DNA of 64,000 bases, from NCBI GenBank assembly GCA_022508375.1, contig JAFLVJ010000002.1, forward strand, positions 104,323-168,322, written 5' to 3'. Positions within the stretch are counted from its first letter, which is position 1. The number at the start of each line of letters is the position of its first letter. This DNA is from Clostridiales bacterium (GTDB lineage: Bacteria; Bacillota; Clostridia; Christensenellales; CAG-314). Shown here piece by piece: positions 28,512 through 36,396 of the stretch. The notes below the pieces were generated by a model, which saw only the letters and a list, made by a program, of their open reading frames with translations, was not told where the DNA came from and made no database searches. The translations under genes and the position numbers were made by a program.

Positions 28512-29291
28512 TTATTCTACGTCTTCATCTACACGCTCGTCCAGCGATGACTGTTCACTGTCAAAGGTAGCGTTTTGTCCGTTTTCATGCAGCTGTTCGC
28601 GAATACTGTCCACAACTTCGATATCACTTGTTTCGGCGTTGCTATTCATATTATCGTCAGCCTTTTTGCAGGCTTCGCAGTTATCCTGAAAGGGTTGTTC
28701 GTATATGTCGGCAGATAGCTCCCGTTGTTGTGTAAGGGTTTTCGCCAGCTTTTCCGCCTTTTCCACGTCGGGCTTGTAGCTGCTTTTCAGTCTGCGAATA
28801 ACAAAGTTGATGGAGTTGAATGTCAATCCGAGAGTGTTTTTGAATGCGTCGGCAATAAGACAGCGAAGTTTATCTACCGATTCGGAAACTTTGTGGGTGT
28901 TGGCGTCCAGTTTTATAGTTATGCCGAAGCCTTGTTTTTCGTCCAAGCGCATTTTTGTCTTGCGAACGCGTATTCCTTTTACCTTTTTGGCGCAACTACG
29001 CACGATATTGCGTATCACCTTGACGTTGGCGTGTGTTGCGCTTTCGCTATCGCAAAACAGCAGTATTTGTCTAAGATATTCGCTTTCCGAAAAATTAACG
29101 TATATTATATACGCCGATAGCAAGCCGTAAATTGTTGCCAATAGCACAAGCAAGGTTACAAATACGCCGTTATCCCTTAGTCCTTCGTTGTAGGGGATTA
29201 AACCCATGATGTACAGTATCGTGGTTACAACAAATATCAGCGTAATACACACCTGCGCAATAATTGCAATTTTTTCCGTAATTTTTCTCAT
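28512..29291 (-). CDS. Membrane protein with two N-terminal TM helices, an Asp23/AmaP-like middle region and an acidic tail (function uncertain)
   Basis: 259 aa. GGAGAGG RBS. TM helices within residues 10-75. The assignment to the AmaP/Asp23-like group is from general resemblance only. Confidence 0.6.
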   Translation of the reverse strand: MRKITEKIAIIAQVCITLIFVVTTILYIMGLIPYNEGLRDNGVFVTLLVLLATIYGLLSAYIIYVNFSESEYLRQILLFCDSESATHANVKVIRNIVRSCAKKVKGIRVRKTKMRLDEKQGFGITIKLDANTHKVSESVDKLRCLIADAFKNTLGLTFNSINFVIRRLKSSYKPDVEKAEKLAKTLTQQRELSADIYEQPFQDNCEACKKADDNMNSNAETSDIEVVDSIREQLHENGQNATFDSEQSSLDERVDEDVE

Positions 29292-29431
29292 ACCTGACCT
29301 CTCCGTGTCGCTAGTATGAGCAATATAGCAAAAATTACTTATTATCTGGCTTTAATATTCGAAAAAAACAAGCGTATTTTTGTGAACGAATTTAGTTGTC
29401 AAAACAGTTTTTACTAAATTGTATTAAGCAG

Positions 29432-29460
29432 TTGCATTTTTTTACAAATTGATGTATTAT
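29432..29460 (+). promoter_or_regulatory. Candidate distal promoter upstream of the tRNA-Pro locus
   Basis: TTGCAT(29432-29437)-17 bp-TATTAT(29455-29460). Confidence 0.4.
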
Positions 29461-29499
29461 ATATAAGCACTTGCGTGTAGAACAAAAGATTTAATACAG

Positions 29500-29521
29500 T
29501 ATCTGGGTGTAGCGCAGTTGG
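29500..29521 (+). repeat. 22-bp direct repeat, copy 1: a duplicated 5' end of tRNA-Pro (acceptor 5' strand through the D-loop) with no remainder of a tRNA
   Basis: TATCTGGGTGTAGCGCAGTTGG is identical to 29659-29680. The sequence after 29521 diverges completely from the tRNA. Confidence 0.9.
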
Positions 29522-29616
29522 GACGACGCGTTAAGCGAACAACACAGTGCGTTGTTCGTAGCCAAAGTCGGCAAGAGCTATGCTCGAAGCCCGGAAGCGC
29601 CTTGGGCGCTATCAAC

Positions 29617-29625
29617 TGCTATAAT
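29617..29625 (+). promoter_or_regulatory. Extended -10 promoter element proximal to tRNA-Pro, located inside the 137-nt insert
   Basis: TGC TATAAT (29617-29625), 36 nt upstream of the mature tRNA 5' end. Confidence 0.45.
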
Positions 29626-29661
29626 TGCAGCTGGTAAAAACAAAATTTAATAGTTATATAT

Positions 29662-29737
29662 CTGGGTGTAGCGCAGTTGGTAGCGCACAAGACTGGGGGT
29701 CTTGGGGTCGCTGGTTCAAGTCCAGTCACTCAGACCA
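29662..29737 (+). tRNA. tRNA-Pro (anticodon GGG), CCA encoded
   Basis: Manual cloverleaf: acceptor CTGGGTG/CACTCAG (C1-G72 and A73 as expected for bacterial tRNA-Pro); D arm GCGC-AGTTGGTA-GCGC; anticodon arm CAAGA-CTGGGGG-TCTTG; T arm GCTGG-TTCAAGT-CCAGT; 76 nt. Confidence 0.9.
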
Positions 29738-29746
29738 AATAAATAA

Positions 29747-29774
29747 AGAGGATACAGTCGTGTCCTCTTTTTTT
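29747..29774 (+). terminator. Rho-independent terminator after tRNA-Pro
   Basis: Stem gaggata/tgtcctc (29748-29767) followed by TTTTTTT. Confidence 0.75.
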
Positions 29775-29831
29775 GTTTAGTATGCTTTCGATATTCGAGT
29801 GGCTATTGTAATATAAATTTACTATAGCGCA

Positions 29832-29860
29832 TTGCAATAATGTGTAAATTGTAGTACAAT
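29832..29860 (+). promoter_or_regulatory. Sigma-A type promoter of the 5'-nucleotidase gene; ATG at predicted +1 (leaderless)
   Basis: TTGCAA(29832-29837)-17 bp-TACAAT(29855-29860). The ATG at 29867 lies 6 nt after the -10. Confidence 0.5.
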
Positions 29861-29866
29861 TACCGT

Positions 29867-31516
29867 ATGAAAAAGAGATATTTTGTTTTAACGTTAATTA
29901 TTGTAGCTATTTTTGCATTGTCGGCATTTGGTTTTGTCGGAATGTACACAGGTGACATGGCGTACGCTGAGTCGCAGACCGTGGATATTTACGCAATCAA
30001 CGACTTCCACGGTGCGGTGGACAAGATGCCGCAAATTGCCGGATATTTGGCTGCACGCAAAAGCGAAGGTGCGGTTATCGTCAACGCGGGGGATATGTTC
30101 CAAGGTTCGATGGAGTCTAACTCTAACTACGGCAGGTTGCTTTCGGAGTGTATGGATATTGCGGGATTCGACTCCTTTACCTACGGCAATCACGAGTTCG
30201 ACTGGGGATTGGACAACTTGCGAACGCTTGCGCAAAACAGTACAACGCCTTTCCTCGGTGCCAACATATACAACTGGAACGCTAACACACGCGAGTGGGG
30301 CGAATTTGCAAGCGATCTTGCCGAACCATATACTATTGTAGATAGTAACGGTATCAAGGTGGGTATCATCGGCATAATCGGCAAGGATCAAATTACGTCC
30401 ATTTCGTCACAGTTGGTGCAAACTATCGGCTTTAAAGACCCGAGCGAAGTGGTGCCGAGCTTATCCGATAAGCTGCGCAACGAAGAAAACTGCGATATAG
30501 TTATCGTCAGCGCTCACACAGGGCAGGACACATTTTTGGAAGATAGAAGCTGGGATATATCTCAATACGCCAATGCAGTACTTTGCGCCCACACCCACCA
30601 AAGGGAAATGGAATACAGAGGCGAAGTTCCCTTTATTCAGGCGGGATCGTACGGCAATTACATTTCGCACATACAGCTGTACATCAACATCAACAACGAG
30701 GTCAAGTGCGGATATCGCGAATATATTACCTACAACAGTATCGGCGATAACGAAATTGACCGCGACGTTTACAACACCGTAAAGACCAAGATTGACAACT
30801 CCAACGCCGGTATTGCCGACGAGGCAAATCAAGTGTTGGCAACGCTCTCGGGCGGATTGGAAAGTAAGCACGCAGTTCCCCGTTTGGTGTGTCACGCAAT
30901 AGCCGAATACGCCGAAAAGCAAGGACATCACATTGACCTTGTAATGGTGAACAACGCGCGTAACTCGCTATCCAAGGGTGAAGTTACCTACACTGAGCTG
31001 TACGAAGCAATACCGTTTGACAACGTCGTTTACGTGGCAAAGGTATCCGGTAAGGACATTATCAACGAGGCAAGATACGACAGCAACAGTATTTGGCGCG
31101 TAAGCGGTAACGCAATTGTAAACAATAGCGCCCAGTATTACACAATTGCGGTAATTGACTACCTGTTGTATCATCAAAACTCCAACCGCATTTACAACTA
31201 CTTCCCGTCGGCATTCAAGAGTGGATTTACTCCCGTTGCTCTTACCAAACAGGGTGTAGAAATGTACAATTACCGTCATATTACCAGAGATTTCCTATTG
31301 AGTAATCCCACTATCGATTCGTCGGTATATACCTCGGACAACATTCACACGGACGCAAGCAAGCTGCAAAGTAGCGTAGATTTGCCAATTTACGTCGAGC
31401 CCGTCTTGCCCGACTACGCAATTGCGTTGATAGTTGTCGGCGGTGTGATTGTGGTGGCGGTTGTTGTCGCGATAGTGATTATATTGCTTCGCAAACGCGC
31501 GAAAGCCAACAATTAA
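29867..31516 (+). CDS. Secreted 5'-nucleotidase / calcineurin-like metallophosphoesterase with a C-terminal TM anchor
   Basis: Signal/TM N-terminus. Metallophosphatase motifs 'INDFHG', 'NAGDMFQGS', 'GNHEFDWG', 'SAHTG' and 'CAHTHQ'. A 5'-nucleotidase C-terminal domain, then a hydrophobic tail 'ALIVVGGVIVVAVVVAIVIILL' followed by 'RKRAK'. Confidence 0.85.
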   Translation: MKKRYFVLTLIIVAIFALSAFGFVGMYTGDMAYAESQTVDIYAINDFHGAVDKMPQIAGYLAARKSEGAVIVNAGDMFQGSMESNSNYGRLLSECMDIAGFDSFTYGNHEFDWGLDNLRTLAQNSTTPFLGANIYNWNANTREWGEFASDLAEPYTIVDSNGIKVGIIGIIGKDQITSISSQLVQTIGFKDPSEVVPSLSDKLRNEENCDIVIVSAHTGQDTFLEDRSWDISQYANAVLCAHTHQREMEYRGEVPFIQAGSYGNYISHIQLYININNEVKCGYREYITYNSIGDNEIDRDVYNTVKTKIDNSNAGIADEANQVLATLSGGLESKHAVPRLVCHAIAEYAEKQGHHIDLVMVNNARNSLSKGEVTYTELYEAIPFDNVVYVAKVSGKDIINEARYDSNSIWRVSGNAIVNNSAQYYTIAVIDYLLYHQNSNRIYNYFPSAFKSGFTPVALTKQGVEMYNYRHITRDFLLSNPTIDSSVYTSDNIHTDASKLQSSVDLPIYVEPVLPDYAIALIVVGGVIVVAVVVAIVIILLRKRAKANN

Positions 31517-31649
31517 TAATTGTATTAAATGTACAGTTTAAATTGCTTAAACCTTCTATAGTTGCATATTAAATTTGTTTGCAGTTACAATTTGAAGTAG
31601 TTCAAGTGTATTTACAGCCGATAGGCTTAAAAATATTTGAGGAGACAAG

Positions 31650-33332
31650 ATGAAGAAAAGGTTGATTTGTTGTTTGATAATCTTGGCGATGTGCGCGTCC
31701 ATATTTGCGGGATGCGCAGCGACATTCGACAACGATACGCTCGACGTAGTGATATCCAATATAAAAAAGGATATGTCGCTTGTGCAAATCATGTACGGTT
31801 CGTACGAACTGCCCAACATGGTGGAAAGCTACGACCTGAAGGGTAACAGCGCAACAATTTATATAGAGTGGAAAGTTAACGGCGATATTCTCGTTGTGGC
31901 GAAGAACAACGGCGATACGACCACAATCTACATTCCCACCGACAGATTGGAAGAACTGCACTATACCCTCACGGCAACGTTAATTAGCGCAATGGGCAAG
32001 CAATACCGTGATAGCAACGGAAACCCCTACATGGCATCCGTTGATTGTACCGCACCCATTCCCGCGACCGGCGGAACAGGAGGTAACGGCGGAACGGGTG
32101 ACAACGGTGGTAACACGGGAGGCAATACCGGTAATACAGGTGGCAATACAGGCGACAACACAGGAGGAAACACCGGAGGTAATACAGGCGGTGACAATAC
32201 CGGTGGTAATACCGGAGGCAACACCGGTGGAGATACGGGGAATTCCGGCAGTGGTGATAACACGGGAGGCAACACCGGCGGTAACACAGGTGGCAATACG
32301 GGTAGCGACACACCGTCAACATCCGCAAAGCTGGATTTGAACACCGGTACAACCGTACCCTCACCCTGGACGGCAGATCAGCTGGTACAATCAGGGAACG
32401 ATATAACCGTAACTAACAATAAGGATAACAGTTCGGTAGATTGCAATGCAAATTCGTACTCGAACTCCGTTCGTTGGTATGCAGGTAGCACGATAACGGT
32501 GAAATACACTTCGCCGATGACGCGCATTGTAATAACCCTCGACGACTATTCCAACGGAAAGTATTTGACAGGCTTTGACGGAATGTCCGTTTCGGGCGCG
32601 ACAATCACCCGTGACGGAAGCGTAGTAACGATTGTGCTTGCTACGCCTGCGGATACATTCAAATCGGGCGAATTTACAAGTCAATGCCGTGCAAAGTCAA
32701 TTGAGGTTTTCGCTGATAGTTCGACAAGTGGCGGTACAGGCGATAACACCGGTGGCAATACAGGTGACAACGCGGGCGGAAATACAGGTGGTGATAATAC
32801 CGGCGGAAACACAAGCGGTCAAGCCGGAACTTATTCGTTTAACTTTGCACCCAATTTCGGAACTTACTCAAATAGTTGGGACAATCAGTACACTACAAGA
32901 ACAATAACCGCTGCGGATTTAGGCGTGACGGACGTAAACGTTAATTTTGTACTGTCCAACGGCGCTAAACAGGATAACATGCCCACAATGCCTACTCTCG
33001 CTTGCAAAAACACCGAGCAGTATCTGACGGTAACGGCAGTGGGAAGGACAATAACGGCAGTAACCTTTAACCTTCAGGAGTGGATAACACAGGGCGGTGG
33101 CGCAGCAAAAGTATTTACTACGCTAACGATAGAGTACTCCACCGACGGCAACACCTGGAACCAAACTAACGTAGGTTTTACCAACTCAGCGGCAACGCAA
33201 ATTACCGATTACCAAACTCTCACTTATTCGGGGCTGCCCGCGGGAGTAACTTCCGTCAGACTTGTGATATGTTCCAACAAGACCGGCAATCAACAGATTG
33301 GTATATCCGCTTGTTCGTTGGTATTGGCGTAA
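31650..33332 (+). CDS. Hypothetical lipoprotein with two G/N/T-rich low-complexity linkers
   Basis: Lipobox 'IFAGC|AA'. GAGGAG RBS. Two GGNTG-type linkers separate three globular segments. Confidence 0.8.
   Translation: MKKRLICCLIILAMCASIFAGCAATFDNDTLDVVISNIKKDMSLVQIMYGSYELPNMVESYDLKGNSATIYIEWKVNGDILVVAKNNGDTTTIYIPTDRLEELHYTLTATLISAMGKQYRDSNGNPYMASVDCTAPIPATGGTGGNGGTGDNGGNTGGNTGNTGGNTGDNTGGNTGGNTGGDNTGGNTGGNTGGDTGNSGSGDNTGGNTGGNTGGNTGSDTPSTSAKLDLNTGTTVPSPWTADQLVQSGNDITVTNNKDNSSVDCNANSYSNSVRWYAGSTITVKYTSPMTRIVITLDDYSNGKYLTGFDGMSVSGATITRDGSVVTIVLATPADTFKSGEFTSQCRAKSIEVFADSSTSGGTGDNTGGNTGDNAGGNTGGDNTGGNTSGQAGTYSFNFAPNFGTYSNSWDNQYTTRTITAADLGVTDVNVNFVLSNGAKQDNMPTMPTLACKNTEQYLTVTAVGRTITAVTFNLQEWITQGGGAAKVFTTLTIEYSTDGNTWNQTNVGFTNSAATQITDYQTLTYSGLPAGVTSVRLVICSNKTGNQQIGISACSLVLA
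32067..32308 (+). repeat. Coding low-complexity tandem repeat (GGNTG/GDNTG units, about 80 aa)
   Basis: Iterated ggtggYaaYacMgg-type 15-nt units, encoding 'GGTGGNGGTGDNGGNTGGNTGNTGGNTGDNTGGNTGGNTGGDNTGGNTGGNTGGDTG...'. Confidence 0.9.
32730..32817 (+). repeat. Second, shorter copy of the GGNTG coding repeat
   Basis: Encodes 'GGTGDNTGGNTGDNAGGNTGGDNTGGNTSG'. Confidence 0.85.
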
Positions 33333-33350
33333 TAAAGTAAAAAAATATAT

Positions 33351-33381
33351 AAAAAAGAAGGGCGATTGCCCTTCTTTTTTT
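33351..33381. terminator. Bidirectional terminator between the lipoprotein gene and surE
   Basis: Stem aagaagggc(33355-33363)/gcccttctt(33368-33376), loop GATT, flanked by an A-run and a T-run. Confidence 0.8.
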
Positions 33382-33417
33382 GCAATATTGATAATTTGTC
33401 ACAAAGCGTACAACAAT

Positions 33418-34143
33418 TTAACAAAGTTTTTTCTTCAATTTGTCAAATACGGCAACGCTGTCGCGGCGGGTGGACATGGGGGTTACGGAAATGTAGCCGT
33501 TCATTACCGCGTCGGTATCCAGTGTGTAGTCGTTATTCAATTGGTAAATAGAGTAGCCTTCCTGATGGTAGTGAACGTCGTCTATCTTGACAAATTGGTC
33601 GTTGAAGTACGCTCCGCCCTGCTTAGTCCACTTGATTCCCTTGGAGTTTAACGGAATATTTACGTTGTATATATCGTTGTGACTGAGCAAGTCGTGCTTT
33701 ACAAAGTAGTCGTATATTTCGTCCAAGCGACGTTCCGCCTCGGAAAAGCTTGACGGGTCGGTACTGAAGGCAATGCCCTTGTGTCCTCTTAACGACGCTT
33801 CGAACACACATCCCATAGTTCCGCTGTACAGTATGTCTTCGCCAATGTTAAAACCCTTGTTTACGCCTGATAGTATCAAGTCGTAGTCGTTGTTTTCCAA
33901 TCCGAGCAGTGCAAACCGAACGCTGTCAACGGGTGTGGAATCCACAACGTAGGCGGTAACGCCCTCTATATAGGGGACTTGGTGTACTTCGATATGGTCG
34001 TGGAAGTTTATTGCGTGACTTTTGGCGCTTTGTTGCATTTTCGGTGCGGAAACGGTAACTTCGCCCAGTTTTCGTGCCCAACTTGCAAGGATTTTGATAC
34101 CTTCTGCGTTGATTCCGTCGTCATTTGTTACAAGTATTTTCAT
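33418..34143 (-). CDS. surE: 5'/3'-nucleotidase SurE
   Basis: N-terminus 'MKILVTNDDGINAEGIKIL', 'SGVNKGFNIGEDILYSGTMG'. The start overlaps the upstream stop (ATGA). Confidence 0.9.
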   Translation of the reverse strand: MKILVTNDDGINAEGIKILASWARKLGEVTVSAPKMQQSAKSHAINFHDHIEVHQVPYIEGVTAYVVDSTPVDSVRFALLGLENNDYDLILSGVNKGFNIGEDILYSGTMGCVFEASLRGHKGIAFSTDPSSFSEAERRLDEIYDYFVKHDLLSHNDIYNVNIPLNSKGIKWTKQGGAYFNDQFVKIDDVHYHQEGYSIYQLNNDYTLDTDAVMNGYISVTPMSTRRDSVAVFDKLKKKLC

Positions 34144-35126
34144 AGCCAGCCCTCATGTGTTTGTTTGTAATCGGCAACCATAGCATCTGCATCGGCAAGC
34201 ATCTTGGCTATATCCGACTTTTTGTAAAGCGTGGCGCCACATGTGCATTGATGTCCGCCACCGTTGTATTTTTCCGCAAGCGTATTGATATACATAAATC
34301 TACTACGCAGTCTTACGCGAATGGTGCCGTCCGGCATGTCGATAAACGCCAACTGAACAATACAGCGCTTGATGTACTTGAGATAGGATATTGCCTCGCT
34401 TGCCTGTTCCGACGTAAGGTTGAACTTGGCTTGCATTTTCGCGTCAACGTGCAGATATACCACGCCGTGTTCGGTTATTTTCATGTGCTCAAGCACGTAC
34501 GCTTGAAACTTGAGTTGTGAGTATTCTTCCAAATACAGGTGAGCGTACAGAGTTTCGGTATCTACGCCAAGGTCAATGAGCATACCGCCTATACGCAACG
34601 TATCACCCGTTGTCGCCTCGTAGCGGAACCGTCCGCTGTCCGTAACCAAGCCTGTAAAGATGTAGGTTGCCGCCTCTTTGTCCAGTTTAAGTTCGCTCTT
34701 AAACGTTTCGTAAAAGTAAGCAATCATTTCGCAGGTGGATGAGCGCCAGTCCTCGACCCAAGCGATAGCGCCGTACGGACTGATGTTGATGTGGTGGTCA
34801 ATCTTGATGATTTCTTTTGCCAGTTCGTAGCGCTTGTTGGAAATTCGTTCGGGCGTTGCCGTATCGGTAACTATGAGCAACGCGTCGGCGTATTCGCTGT
34901 CGGGTAGCGGTTCGTCGTCCGGTCCGAGAAAGGAAAGATAGTCGGAGCTGTCTTCCGTTTGCACGTAAATTTTTTTGTCGGGAAAGCTAAGACGTAGCAT
35001 TGAGGCAAGTCCGCGCGATGAACCGATAGCGTCGCCGTCGGGACGAACGTGTCGCGTGATAATTATCTTGTCGTAGCTTTTTATTTTGTCAAGAATTTGC
35101 GTCATTACTTGCAGTTGTTGCGTCAT
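34140..35126 (-). CDS. DHH/DHHA1 phosphoesterase, NrnA-like (paralog 1)
   Basis: Motifs 'RHVRPDGDAIGS', 'VTDTA', 'IDHH' and DHHA1 'GGGH'. AAGGAGAG RBS lies inside the upstream gene. Confidence 0.85.
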   Translation of the reverse strand: MTQQLQVMTQILDKIKSYDKIIITRHVRPDGDAIGSSRGLASMLRLSFPDKKIYVQTEDSSDYLSFLGPDDEPLPDSEYADALLIVTDTATPERISNKRYELAKEIIKIDHHINISPYGAIAWVEDWRSSTCEMIAYFYETFKSELKLDKEAATYIFTGLVTDSGRFRYEATTGDTLRIGGMLIDLGVDTETLYAHLYLEEYSQLKFQAYVLEHMKITEHGVVYLHVDAKMQAKFNLTSEQASEAISYLKYIKRCIVQLAFIDMPDGTIRVRLRSRFMYINTLAEKYNGGGHQCTCGATLYKKSDIAKMLADADAMVADYKQTHEGWL

Positions 35127-35127
35127 A

Positions 35128-36087
35128 CTACTCTCCTTTAGACTGTCTATGTAGGGCCTTTAAGTCCTCTACCATGTTCATTGCCGTTGCAATGTCGGGT
35201 ATTGTTGCTCCGCTTGCTTTGGCGTGTCCGCCTCCGCCGTATTTTACCGCTATGGGGTTTATGTTGTATTTTTTCGAACGTAACTCACACAAAACGCCCT
35301 CGGCAGTTTCGGTAAAGTTGACCCAGCTGTCAATACCGCGAATGTCCGACATCGTGCCTACCATTCCGCGGGAGATTCCAAACGTATCGGCACCGCGTTC
35401 GGTAATTAACTTGTTAAGTTCGTCCTTGGTGGTGATTATGTAAGCAACACCGTCGCCTGCCGTCTGTATCTTGAGTGTGAATTCGGCGCGCAGTCGTACA
35501 TTAGATAGGTCGTCTGCATACAGCTCACTGTATATTTCGTTGGGGTCGAAGCTTTGCTCGGTAAGTATTGAAGCCAGTCGGAATGTGCGTGAATTCGCCG
35601 AGTCGTAGCGGAAACGGCCGCTATCTGTTACCATTCCCGTAAATAGTGACTTAGCCGCAAGTCTGTTAAAACGCAACTTGCAATCGACGGCAAACTGGGT
35701 GATCAGTCCGCAACAGCTTTCATAAGTGTTGTCGATTATATCCAACCCGCATATATCTTCGCAGTAAATGTGGTGGTCGAACCTAAGCGTAGCAGCTGCC
35801 GTGGTGTAACGCGTGTCGCTTATCATAAATTTAGCCGACGTATCCAAAACAATAGCAAGCGCTCCGTTATACGTATTATCGGGGATTTCGTCCGGCTCCC
35901 ATCCTTCAATGAAGGCGTAACGTTTTGTTCTGTCGCCTACCATATAGACAGTCTTATTAGGATAGTTTTCGCGGATAAGTTCGCGCAGTCCTATTTGACT
36001 GCCTAGCGCGTCCCCGTCGGGATTGCTGTGTCTGTGAATGATTATCACGTCGTATTTTTCAATTAGTTTCAATGCTTTTTTGAACAT
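35128..36087 (-). CDS. DHH/DHHA1 phosphoesterase, NrnA-like (paralog 2)
   Basis: Motifs 'HRHSNPDGDALGS', 'VLDTS', 'FDHH' and DHHA1 'GGGGHAKASG'. GAGGT RBS. Confidence 0.85.
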   Translation of the reverse strand: MFKKALKLIEKYDVIIIHRHSNPDGDALGSQIGLRELIRENYPNKTVYMVGDRTKRYAFIEGWEPDEIPDNTYNGALAIVLDTSAKFMISDTRYTTAAATLRFDHHIYCEDICGLDIIDNTYESCCGLITQFAVDCKLRFNRLAAKSLFTGMVTDSGRFRYDSANSRTFRLASILTEQSFDPNEIYSELYADDLSNVRLRAEFTLKIQTAGDGVAYIITTKDELNKLITERGADTFGISRGMVGTMSDIRGIDSWVNFTETAEGVLCELRSKKYNINPIAVKYGGGGHAKASGATIPDIATAMNMVEDLKALHRQSKGE

Positions 36088-36293
36088 TTTTACCTCGATA
36101 CAAGTCGTTGTGAAATTTTAATTATTTGTTGTACGTTGAACCCTAAATCAACGTGATTTAGGTAGTAGTTTAGTTAGTCGCTTGCACGAAAACGCGCAAA
36201 CAATATATCTAATCTAGGATATATTATTATATCACATCGGCAGCGCTTTCGTCAAGGCGGTGTATTGCGCATGACGAGTGTTTGGGATTTGAC

Positions 36294-36333
36294 AAAAAAC
36301 AGGAATACGCGATGCGTACTCCTGTTTCTTTTT
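36294..36333. terminator. Bidirectional terminator downstream of the giant surface-protein gene
   Basis: Stem aacaggaatacgc/gcgtactcctgtt (36298-36326), flanked by A-runs and T-runs. Confidence 0.75.
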
Positions 36334-36396
36334 GTTTTGTTTGACAACAAATACCGTTAGGGTCAATTTGTTGTGTTGATAAAAGCGTTTGATTGA

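Noticed and set aside
29522-29640. Tested whether the insert upstream of tRNA-Pro is SRP (4.5S) RNA, tmRNA, RNase P RNA or a second tRNA.
   Set aside because: 'CCCGGAAGCG' only superficially resembles the SRP helix-8 'CCGGAAGG' motif, and the conserved AGGUCAGGUCCGGAAGGAAGCAGCC context is missing. No tRNA cloverleaf can be drawn after the D-loop. No RNase P or tmRNA signature sequences are present.
32067-32308. Short-period tandem repeat, which might be mistaken for a CRISPR or VNTR locus.
   Set aside because: The units are 15 nt with no unique spacers, and the repeat lies in-frame inside a CDS. It is a low-complexity linker, not CRISPR.
31984-32364. Pro-rich (PPVLPPVL...) and Cys/Tyr/Arg-rich ORFs overlapping the GGNTG repeat.
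   Set aside because: They are alternative-frame or antisense readings of the coding low-complexity repeat of the 31650-33332 lipoprotein gene. The periodic DNA keeps all frames open.
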